Part shown: positions 1-9,435 of the stretch, in pieces | Position numbering within the stretch: position 1 is the stretch's first letter | How the letters are laid out: the number at the start of each line of letters is the position of its first letter | Assembly (NCBI GenBank): GCA_000388065.2 | Contig: KB932202.1 | From: Fonticula alba ATCC 38817 | Lineage: Eukaryota > Protista > Nucleariida | DNA: 21,182 nt | Direction: 5' to 3' (one strand) | Position numbers and translations under genes: made by a program | The notes under the pieces: model-generated | What the model was told of the DNA's origin: nothing | Databases searched by the model: none | Seen by the model: the letters and a program-made list of their open reading frames with translations, nothing else

Positions 1-62
1 GGGGAGGGTCAACATCGACCAGCAAGTGAGGCGGAGGGAGAGGGGGAGGGAAAGGGACGCAC

Positions 63-630
63 CCCTCTTGCGGGCCGAGGTCGTAGAGAACCGTGTGCTG
101 GGTGATGTGCAGGACATCCGGGATCATCGGGGTCTTCGGGATGTTGACCGAGTAGTCGATGGTCTTGCAGAGGACCCGGCCGGACGGGCCGCACGGGGTC
201 CAGGCCGGCTCGGTGAACACTGCACCGGCAAGCCGAAGGGGGCAGGGCCACAGTGGGTCAGCAATCGCAACAGGAAAGAAGCCGAAGGGGGGGGGGGGGG
301 CGGGGGGGGGGGGGGGGAGCTCAGGGACACATGCGACGACGGCGCAGGGAGGACACCAGCATGGGGGTGGCAGAGCGTACTGTCATTTGTGTGGATGAAC
401 TTGTGCGCGCGGAGGCCGAAGCCACTTTCATCATTGAGGAACAGCTGCCGGAAGGTGTCCAGGCTGATGGCCAGCTCGGTCGGCTCGGCGGTCACCCGAT
501 CGGTGAAGAAGTGCCCGGTGCTGTTCAGAGGATAGGGCTTGGTGTTGTGGTCGGCCCCGTCGGTGGGAACCGGCGGGGCGTCCGGCCACTCCTCCGCCAT
601 CCGGAGGGTGATCGGATGGGGGGTGGGCAT
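63..630 (-). CDS. VASt (StARkin/GRAMD1-Lam type) lipid-transfer domain protein, partial; exons 630-381 and 219-63; 3' end runs off the window and the 5' start is uncertain
   Basis: Intron 380-220 (GTACGC...TGCAG) splices in frame to give ...LAISLDTFRQLFLNDESGFGLRAHKFIHTNDMFTEPAWTPCGPSGRVLCKTIDYSVNIPKTPMIPDVLHITQHTVLYDLGPQE. This follows the VASt pattern (hydrophobic-D-x-F-x-L-F-x-D...W...R/K-x-I-x-Y...P...Q). Next donor GTGCGT at 62. A possible acceptor at 639-640 may indicate an upstream exon. Confidence 0.6.
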
Positions 631-703
631 GCTTTTGGCTGGTTGACAGACGAGCGGGTAGACGGCCAGGCAAGGGGAGATAGGCAAGGAGCAGGGAACA
701 GGG

Positions 704-705
<2 letters not shown>

Positions 706-738
<33 letters not shown>
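706..738. repeat. (GA)n/(CT)n microsatellite
   Basis: Seen directly. Similar (CT)n at about 3198-3246 and 15056-15070, (GA)n at about 19992-20028. Confidence 0.9.
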
Positions 739-744
<6 letters not shown>

Positions 745-2572
745 GGGGGAACCGGGTGGGCAGTCCCAGAGGCAAGGATAGAAGATGAGGGGATGCGAGG
801 GGGATGCCGGCCGGGTGAGACGGCCCCCGGACCCGGGGCTAGCCCCCACTTGGATCGGAAGCCGCCGGCAAGGGCTCGGGGGGGGGGGACAGAGTGGTAC
901 TCGGAAAGGATGCCTTGCATGGGCCTGCGTATCTGGCACAGCGCACACGCCGTCCCGAGCGGCGCGCATTCGGGCCCCCGCGGCGATCCGCGGCTTCTAT
1001 CCGCCCTTGCAGATGATACCCGAATGATCCCCCCCCCCCCCCGCCCCACCCAGGTTCCCCGGTCCAACCAGCATGGGCACAGAGGCATGCGAACATCTGG
1101 GGTCAGCATGTGCGGCATGTGAAAGAACCGGCGTGGGGGTGGCCCGGCGGACCGCTTGAATGAGCAGCCCGAGAGAAACCCCTGCATCGGTGGGGCCGCC
1201 CGGCGGGGGGGGGGGGGGGGTCATAGCTCTCCCGAAGGCACCAAAAAGGGTCTCGCCACCGCCGCACAGCATCGAGGGGGAATAAAAATTTGCGCCTTGG
1301 GGCGGAAACAGCTGGCCCGCCCGGGCGGCGCGTGCGGCCGGGGCAGACGCACTTCAGAATGCCCCCCTCTCACACCTGGCGGGGCCCCGATGACCCCCCA
1401 CCAGGCCGGGGGAGGATTATCTCCCTGTCTGACCCTCTGCGTCTGGATGGTCGTTCCTCCCCCCCCCCCCCGTCCTTGTGTCTTCCGCCAGCTGGAGGCA
1501 GCACTGGAAGAACATTGACACACAAAGGCCGGGGCGGGGGGGAATGCCCGAGCCCTGGGCGCCGGCCGCACCGAGGGATGAATCATAGACCCGGTCGATC
1601 TGATGTCCGTGATTGCTTGCAGATTCTGCGCCTCAGATGCGCTACGCCCATTAACTACCGGCGCCGTGCGGGAATGCGCCCCCGGCCTGGGGCGAGGTCT
1701 CTCAGGGGCCAAGTGGTTTCCCCGCTCCCCGAGGGGCCGCGGGCGAGGCCCGGACGCTTGGGGCAGCCCTGAAAATGTCCCCCCCTCGCCAGAATACACA
1801 CCCATGGGGTTTTCCACGGGCTCTCCCGGCGTCTTGGTATGGGACCTGCCACGGGGGGGGGCACCTGGCTCGAGCAACTGCCTTGTCTTCCGATGATCGG
1901 GCTCCTGTTCGTGTGTCACACTCCGCGCCCGCGGCCGTGCTCCGTCACCCCCCCCCCCCCTTCCGGCGCGAGACGCCCGATCTCCGGGCACCCTGCGCCG
2001 GGGTAAAACGCCGCATCTGAACGAGCAGGTTCGAAGATACAGAATGGCCTTACCAAATCACCGGCCCATCAGCTGACGCCACCGAAGCAACGCGATCACG
2101 CCGCGCTTCGGCGCGCATGGGGATCCCCCTTTTTTTTTTTTTGCTGCCCGCGCTTGTGGCTCTCGGCCCCCGGCGCAAGGGGGGGGGGGGGATGGCGCAT
2201 GCCCCCGCCCGCGCGGCCTGCAGCCCGCACGCTCGCGCGGGTCTTCGATCGACGCAGGTGCATGCACGGCTTGCCAGCCCGCTCCGGCCGACCCCTCCCT
2301 GGGCCCTCGCCACCCACCCTCAGTCCGCCCCTCTCCTGCCCGGCAAGAGGATCTGGCTCCCCCCGGTCTCCAATGAGGCCATATCGGGATCGTCCGTGGC
2401 CGCTCCTGGAGCCGCGTGCCCCAGTTCGGTATCCGGCATCCTCCTCCCTCCCCCCCCCCCCCCCCCCCCACCCGTCCTGCCCCTTCCACTCCCTGCCCCT
2501 CTTCCCGCCTAGCCTCCCCTTCCCGCCTGGCAGAGAGTCCCATAGCCCGAGCGCGCCATCAGCCACGCCACC

Positions 2573-3194
2573 ATGGAGCAGGATCAGCCCGTCCCGGAGT
2601 CGCTCTCCTTCAACCGCCACATCATGGAGATCCTCTTCCACCCGACACATGACATCATTGCTGCCGGGCTGGTTAACGGTCGTGTGGAGATGTGCGCCTC
2701 TCTCGCTGCTTGAGTGCCTACGATGGGGGACCTGCTGACTCACTGACTTCGCCCCTTCTGTTCGGCCTCGTCCCCGCATGCATGTGTGTCTGTGTGTCTG
2801 TGTGTGTGTGTGTGTGTGTCCATGTGTGTCCATGTGTGTCCATGTGTGTCCATGTGTGGCCTTTCAGCCACAAGTACGCTTCCGACGGCTCGGAGAATCA
2901 GCAGCTTCACGCGCTCAACCATCACCGGCGCGCCTCCTGCCGAGCCCTTCTCTTCTCGGATGATGGCCGCTGTGCGCCTCCTTTTCCACCCCCGCCTCTA
3001 CCCGCCTTCGAACCATGTCTCCCGCTCACCTGCTCCTCCTCGCCCCTTTGCCCTCCTCTCGCCCCCCTTCCGTAGTTCTCTTCACCGGGTCCACGGACCG
3101 CACCCTCCAGGCGGTTGATGTCGAGTCCGGCCAGGTGATGCTCCGTCAGGCCCAAGCTCACCGGTATGTTCTATGCCGCATCGCTGCTCCGCCC

Positions 3195-3259
<65 letters not shown>

Positions 3260-4427
3260 ATTTGTCTACCTGCTTTCACTTGTCCATTCCCCTCCGCTCT
3301 CTCTCTTCTTGCCTTTCTCCTTCTCCCCCTTCCCCCGCGCCCCCTCGCTGACACTGATCGACCATGCCCGACCCTCTTTCCCCTCCTAGTGAGCCAATCA
3401 ACCTCCTCCATCGTATTAATGACCACATGATTGTCAGTGGCTGCGACGGCGGCACCGTCAATGTGCGCATCCCGGTTGCCTGTGTCCCTTGCCCCCTGTT
3501 GGTCTTTGCTGATCCTCTTGCTCCATCCCCCCCCCTCCTCCCCCCCCCCTGCAGTTTTGGGATCTCCGTTCGCGAACCGTCGTCTCCTCGCTTGAGGTCG
3601 CGTCGGACTTCATCTCTGACGCGGTCTTCAATGAGACCCATTCGACCCTTGTGACCACCAGGTATGCGCATTCGCCCCCCCTGCCACCCTCCTGGGCCTC
3701 CTGACGACCACTCACCATCCTCCTCCTTCCCGCCCTCCCCGTCCCCTGCAGTGGCGATGGCACCCTGTCCGCGATTGACACCTCGCAGCGTAAGCTGATC
3801 GCCACTTCCAGCCAGATGGATGACGAGCTCCTTTCCATTCAGATGGTGCGCGATGGCCGGCGCCTGGCGGTCGGCACGCAGTCCGGTGTCATCAACATTT
3901 GGGACTGGGGACTGTGGGGCGACCACATTGACCGGTTCCCCGGGCACCCGGAGTCCGTGGACACCATGGTCCCTGTGACGTCGAATCTCCTGCTGACCGG
4001 GTCGTCGGATGGCCTGATCCGTGTGGTGTCCGTCCACCCGAACAAGCTGCTCGGTGTGGTCGGCTCACACGAGGACTTCCCGATTGAGCGCCTGCGCGTC
4101 GATCGCCATGGGTCCCTCCTGGCTTCGGCCAGTCACGACCAGACCATCCGCTTCTGGGGGGTGGACTTCCTGCGAACTGATGGCGGATCCGCCGCCGGGG
4201 AGTTTGATGACTCCAACCTCAACCCGAACTTCCAGCTGGAGGACGAGTGCATGTCGGTGTCCGACGAGATGAGCTGCGATGACGACGGCGATGACAGCGA
4301 CAGCGACAGCGATGACGCCGAGTTTGCCAATGGCGTCGTCGGCCAGCCCCTCTCCGCGCCCTCGCTGGCGACGGTCAGCAAGCGCATGAAGAGTCGCCAG
4401 GGGAAGGGCTTCTTCGGAGGCCTGTGA
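2573..4427 (+). CDS. WDR55: WD40-repeat protein WDR55/Jip5 (ribosome biogenesis); 6 exons: 2573-2691, 2868-2971, 3076-3163, 3390-3462, 3555-3661, 3752-4427; 388 aa
   Basis: ATG in gccaccATGg context; five GT-AG introns that keep frame (1167 nt total). WD repeats (LFTGSTDRTL, IVSGCDGGTVNFWDLR, SGDGTLSAID, GTQSGVINIWDWGLWGDHIDRFPGHPESVD, LLTGSSDGLIRVVSVHPNKLLGVVGSHEDFPIE, LASASHDQTIRFW), an acidic tail and terminal FFGGL are typical of WDR55. Confidence 0.9.
2779..2860. repeat. Intronic (TG)n plus tandem CATGTGTGTC 10-mers (WDR55 intron 1)
   Basis: Three exact 10-mers at 2821-2850, a degenerate fourth, and an upstream TG tract. Confidence 0.85.
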
Positions 4428-4798
4428 TATGGCGGCAGTTTCATGTTCCCGGCCATTTCCCCCTTCCTCCTTCCTCCCAAGACACCTGAGGAGGGCGGCG
4501 GCTGGCCGCGCGCGCGACTGCTGCCCCTCGCCCATGCTTTTCTCTCCCTCCCGACCGGGGTCCTTTCCCGGTGGCCAGCGTGTGCACGCGCCCGCACTCG
4601 TCCTGCCCCCCCCCCCCCTTACAAATACACACATGTGCAATCCTGCTCCCGGCGAGTGGTCAACAGCCATTTCCGTCATCCCCCCTGCCTCCCCCCCCCC
4701 CGCCCCCTCCTGTGCTTTGTCTTGAGCCTGGGTCCGATGTATTCCAAGGAGCACGGAGCGAGCCGACCGGCGGGCGCTCATCCTCAGGTGGGGTCTAT

Positions 4799-7174
4799 CT
4801 AGTGTTTTGTTTGGCGCGAGGCACGACGAATGGGACGCCCAGGCGTCCCTTGAGGAGCCCCCACGACAGCGGCCCCGGCAATCGGCCCGTCGGCCGTGGC
4901 TTCAGGGCCGTCATCGGCCGGACTGGCCTCATCCAGAGGCTGGCGGCGGCCGGCGGTTCGAGCACGCTTGGCTGGGCGCGTCCGGCCGCCCACGGGCGCC
5001 CCCTGGCCAGGCGCCCCCTCGCCAGCATCCACTTCGGTGAAGAGAATCGTCCTCTTGTCAGCACCCTCCACCGGGGGAAGCCGCGGCCGCGTTCGACGAC
5101 GTGTCAAAATGCCAACCGTGATACCGGGACCCGGCTCGAGGGGGCTCTCTTCGATGGGCAGCTCCGAGGACACCTCGGCCGGGGGAATGGGCGTTGCATC
5201 GCCAGGCGGGTCGGAGGCTGCAGATCCTGCCGTTGTCGCCGCCGCCGCCGTAGCCGCCGCCGCGGCAGCGAGAGCAGCCCGTTTCTGCTTCCTTATCCGA
5301 TCAATCAGCAGATAGGCCGTCAAACTATTGGCATCGGAGGCCGAGTGCCGATGCTGGCCGGCCGGATCGTCGTCCGTCTGGTCGTCTGCCAGGTTGTAGA
5401 GTGTCCATTGGGCCGGATCACGGCCAGTGCCCGGTGCATGGGATCCCCACTTATTGGGGGACTTCTCGAGAGCCGCGGCCGATTGACCAAGCCTGCAGTC
5501 CGGGAAGGAGAACACCTCACGACGGCGGGTTTCAAAGCTGGCCGGTGTCCCGTGTAGGGCGAACCCCTTGGAGGGGCTGCCCTCGGTGCCGGGGGCGATC
5601 GGCGAGTCGGCGGCCACCGCGTGGCGATAGCTCTGCTCGGCACGTGCTTCCAGCAGAGCATGGCTGGTGCGGCGCCGCTGGGCGCGATCCTGGCCGGCCA
5701 CGCGTCGAGGATCTTCCACCATGGTGCGGGGCGATCGCCAGGGGGACCGGGCTTGCCAGAGGCCTGGGACGGACTCCGGCCCCGGGGCCCCGGAGGCCGG
5801 GCTGTAGTGCGCCGAGGCCGGGGTCGGTGGGGGACTGATGCTTGGACTGAGGCCCTCCTCGCCCGAGTCCGAGGCCGAGTCCAATTGGAGGAAGTCCTCC
5901 GGCTCGAGGGGATGCTGGTTCCGGCCGCCTGGGTGACCTGGTCTCCGCCGGCCAGCCTCGACAATGAGTGACGCGGTGGCCGACAGTTCCGGGCTGCCAG
6001 CATCCCGCGGGTCGAGATCCAGCCGCGACGGCGTGGGCGAGTCGCCGGACTCGGCATCCGCCTCCTGGCCCAGCTGCATCAGCGCAAGGACTTCGGCATA
6101 CGGGTCGTCGGCTTGCCGGGCCGCGTCGGCCGCGGCGGCCACTGCCTCCACGTCAAACTCCAGGTCGCTGTCGGACTCAAAGCGCGCCTCCTCGCCAAGC
6201 ATGCTTTCGAGTGAGGGACGCGCCGCGCCCGGGCCGAGGCCCAGCTCGTTTTGGAGGTTGATCGCGCGTGCACTCATGCGCTGAGCTCCGGCAGCCCGCC
6301 GGCTGGCCGCCAGTGTGGGTGGCCGGAGAGACAGGCGACTCGCGCGTTGGGCTCCGCCAAAGCTCAGCCCCATGCCGAGGTCGCTCTCGGCATCCGAGTC
6401 GGACTCCGAATCGGAGCTCGAGCTCGAGCTCGAGCCCGAGCCCAGGGTCCTTCCACTCGCTGACGGATCAGTTGGCCCAGGTGCTCCTCGGCGCAGGATC
6501 GATGCAGCTGGAGTCCTATTGGCCGGGGCCGGCACGAAGGGCATCTGATCCTGGACATCTGGCGGCGGGAGATCCAGCGCGACCGGGGGCGGCGGCGGCA
6601 GCGAAGCCGACCGCAGCGGGGCATTGGAAAATGTCGGGTCGGAGCTCGACTTGACCTCCGACCCGGCATCCGGCGCGACACCCAGCTCGGCCTCCGGCTC
6701 GGCCTCCGGCTCGGCCTCCGGCTCGGCATCCGGCTCGGCATCCGAGCCTCCACCCGACATATCGGTGTACTTCAGGTGGTCAAGCTGCACAGGGCCCAGA
6801 AAAGCCGACCGGGCTCGGGCACCGCGGTGTTCAATCTCTCGCACCAGCACATGCGGAGAAAAGTGCACCGCACGAGACTGGCCAGAGTCCTCGGAGGCAG
6901 GCAGGTGAGTGGCCGCTTCGCCATCAACCGTCGGAAAGGGCGGGGCATCGCGCAGGGCCGCCAGCGTGGCCGCGCGGATCACCTGGCGTCTTGCCCGGCG
7001 GTCCTTCGGCAGCCGGCTATCACACACGACAAAGAGCCCGGTCACCGGGTCTCGCGTTGCGGTCGGCAGCGGGCTCCGGCTATGGGGGCGCCGTGTGGGA
7101 CTGCTAGCCTTGCTGGCAGCCCGGCGGGGGGAGGAGCCGGGGGCCGCCTCCGGTGACCGATCCCTCTCGGCCAT
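4799..7174 (-). CDS. 791-aa intronless, largely disordered protein with C-terminal TSSC4-like motifs (U5 snRNP-associated factor) and an N-terminal RVxF motif
   Basis: Single 2376-nt ORF without the poly-C or microsatellite signature of local introns. SFETRRREVFSFPDC (~5495-5550) and PAQWTLYNLADD...DANSLTAYLLIDRIRK (~5290-5415) resemble the TSSC4 blocks F..R...IF and P..WTKYSL.D...N...A..FL as recalled. RAVHF at 6860-6874. Coding status is likely; the family call is less certain. Confidence 0.65.
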   Translation of the reverse strand: MAERDRSPEAAPGSSPRRAASKASSPTRRPHSRSPLPTATRDPVTGLFVVCDSRLPKDRRARRQVIRAATLAALRDAPPFPTVDGEAATHLPASEDSGQSRAVHFSPHVLVREIEHRGARARSAFLGPVQLDHLKYTDMSGGGSDAEPDAEPEAEPEAEPEAELGVAPDAGSEVKSSSDPTFSNAPLRSASLPPPPPVALDLPPPDVQDQMPFVPAPANRTPAASILRRGAPGPTDPSASGRTLGSGSSSSSSSDSESDSDAESDLGMGLSFGGAQRASRLSLRPPTLAASRRAAGAQRMSARAINLQNELGLGPGAARPSLESMLGEEARFESDSDLEFDVEAVAAAADAARQADDPYAEVLALMQLGQEADAESGDSPTPSRLDLDPRDAGSPELSATASLIVEAGRRRPGHPGGRNQHPLEPEDFLQLDSASDSGEEGLSPSISPPPTPASAHYSPASGAPGPESVPGLWQARSPWRSPRTMVEDPRRVAGQDRAQRRRTSHALLEARAEQSYRHAVAADSPIAPGTEGSPSKGFALHGTPASFETRRREVFSFPDCRLGQSAAALEKSPNKWGSHAPGTGRDPAQWTLYNLADDQTDDDPAGQHRHSASDANSLTAYLLIDRIRKQKRAALAAAAAATAAAATTAGSAASDPPGDATPIPPAEVSSELPIEESPLEPGPGITVGILTRRRTRPRLPPVEGADKRTILFTEVDAGEGAPGQGAPVGGRTRPAKRARTAGRRQPLDEASPADDGPEATADGPIAGAAVVGAPQGTPGRPIRRASRQTKH
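6686..6747 (-). repeat. 12-bp coding minisatellite encoding (D/E)AEP x5
   Basis: Tandem ctcggcctccgg/ctcggcatccgg units translate as DAEPDAEPEAEPEAEPEAE. Confidence 0.85.
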
Positions 7175-7934
7175 CGGAGAATGCGTTGTCTGTCTGGGAG
7201 GGAGGGGGGGGGGGGGGGGGGCGGATCCTTTCTTGGCCCAAAGGAAAAGCGGGAGGCGTGGGTGGTCCTCAGGGCAGGGCTCGGGCAGAGGCCGCCGGCG
7301 TGTATCGATGTCGGTGTATGTGTGAATGTGGGTGTGCTTGTGCTTGTGCGCAATGCTGGGGGAGAAACAGGGAGGAGGATGGAGCAGGCGAGGGGATTCT
7401 GCCAGTCCGGTCGGTCAACCAGTGGACCCACCAAGACGGCTGGTAAAAAAGCCCTGTCGCGCCACCGATGCCCGCCCCGAGCCAACGTTGGACGGAGTAA
7501 ACGGGCCCGGGGGGGGGGGGGGGGCGGCTAAACCCTCCCCCGGGCCATTCAGCCCCCCCCCCCCCCCTCGCCGCAGGAAAGTGAGAGACCTCCCCCCGCC
7601 CCCCCGCCCCCAGGTGTCGCAAGTTCGGAATCTAACCGCCCCGCCCCCGAGCCGCAACCCGTTCACGCCGTGCATCTCGACTGCCAGCGGATCGGCCGCG
7701 ATCGAGACAGCTGCCAACTCAAGGCGGTAGTTCTCCGTCCTGGAGGGGGCGCGGGCCGAGATGGGGAGACCCTTTTTGTGGGCGAGATCTTGCTCGCCCG
7801 GGGGGACCCAATGCGGCGCCATGAAAGACTCCGTCCCCCCCCCCCCCCCCGCATGTCTCACTCCCAGTCACCGCCTTTCCATCCGCGCGCGCCCTCCCCC
7901 CCCTCTCCCCTCCATCCTCCCGCTTCCATCGCCA

Positions 7935-8770
7935 ATGAACGGCCTACGCGGCACCCTCAACCGGCGACAGGGCGCCACCGTCAAAACCGCCAATCCGCTG
8001 GATCTTCTGGACGAGGACAATGACGATCTTGTCCTGACCGAGGACCTGCAGGAGCGCATCATCGATTCCTTGAAGAAGGCTCATGCGACCAATGTTCTGT
8101 ACTTTTCGGTGCGCCCGCCTCGTTGGAAGCCCTGCCGCGACGTCGGCCGACCACTCACCGGCCTCCATCCTGTCTGCTCCCTCGTCTCCCTCCCCTCCCA
8201 TCGGCCATTGGGTTCCGTGGTGCAAAGCGCGCGATTGTGGCCCTGTCGCTGGTCCTGACCGTCGTCTATGTGGCCCTCGGCATGATGGACCTGTCCTATG
8301 GGGCGGACTTGTCGGTGATCGCAGTCAACCTCGGGGAGAAAGACCCCGTCCCCCCGGGGTATGTCCAGGCCTTGTGCTTCCTCGGGGCATTGGCCTTTCT
8401 GGCCCTGGCCCTGGTCTTCGTGCCGCAGGCCCGGCTCCGGCGTCTCGGCCGGCCGGGCACCACCCCGAGTGCCGAGGATGAGGCCATTTTCACCGGATTC
8501 TTCGCCCAAGCTGGCGCTGACGGCCGGACCGCCAGCAAGCTTGCGCGACTCCTCCCGATCACCCCCTTCCTGTTGGCCTTGCCGAACTTGCTCCTTGTGC
8601 TGCTGAGTTTGGCCCGACTGGCTCCGCGGTTGCCGGTCACCGTCCTAGCTGTTGGGGGCATTCCCTCCTTTGTAACCGGGCTGGTTTGCTGGATGCGAGT
8701 CGACCTACAGAGTGGCCTCGGCGCCGTGGCCGAGCTCGAGCAGACCGCCTCCAAACTCAAGGCCGTCTGA
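7935..8770 (+). CDS. Uncharacterised 4-TM membrane protein, 238 aa; exons 7935-8108 and 8228-8770; C-terminal KxKxx
   Basis: In-frame intron GTGCGC(8109)...AAG(8227). Acidic N-terminus (DLLDEDNDDLVLTEDLQERIIDSLKK), four hydrophobic segments (AIVALSLVLTVVYVALGMM; ALCFLGALAFLALALVFV; LLPITPFLLALPNLLLVLLSLA; VTVLAVGGIPSFVTGLVCWM), ends KLKAV*. Confidence 0.75.
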
Positions 8771-9435
8771 GGGAGAGAAGGGCTCACTGCCGATTGGAAT
8801 GGGCGGATTTGGCCACATTGCGATGTCCGCGGCTCGCATGTGTGCGTGGGCGCATGTTGCTTTTGTGCCTTGCCTTCGCATGTGCCCTCGCTGTCCAGCG
8901 CGCGCACGCGCCCCCCCCCCCCCCGGCTCTGTTCTGTGGGCCGATCAAGTATCGCCCTGCCCTCTGACTCGACGCACGTGACCAAATAGAGAAGATCACA
9001 CCGCGCCCTTGTTTGCCCCTCCCCAGTTGGGCCTCCAGCAGGAGAGCCGGGGAGCTCATCTCGCCGGAGCGTGAGGGGGGCGGTCGCTGGGGGGGGGGGG
9101 GGGGAGGCCGCCTGGCTCGATCTAGTGTTTCCAGCCGGGAACGGGGACCGTGTGTTTATGGGCGCGTGAGTGTGCGCACATACACGGATGCGCGTGTGTC
9201 TATGTGTGTGTGTGCACCGGGAGAACCTTTTTGCCAGTCCGTTGTCTTGAGCAGGCAACTTGCGCGGCCTGCTTCAGACCGCCTCGCCCTCCGCCCGGCC
9301 CCCCTCCTCCCTCTGCCTTTCTCTTCCTCCCCCTACTTTCTCCCTATCTCCCTGCCCAGTCCCTTCTTTGCCCAACTGCATCCCCCCTCCCCCCCTCCGC
9401 CCACTCCCCCTCCGCCCACTCCCCCTGTGTTCACG

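Noticed and set aside
2024-2040. GGTTCGAA resembling a Pol III B-box or tRNA T-loop
   Set aside because: Does not fit GTTCRANNC, and I see no A-box or cloverleaf.
900-2500. Several ORFs of 80-256 aa between the VASt-like gene and WDR55
   Set aside because: Low-complexity G/P/R translations interrupted by homopolymers, with no domain or consistent splice pattern; best read as a divergent promoter or UTR region.
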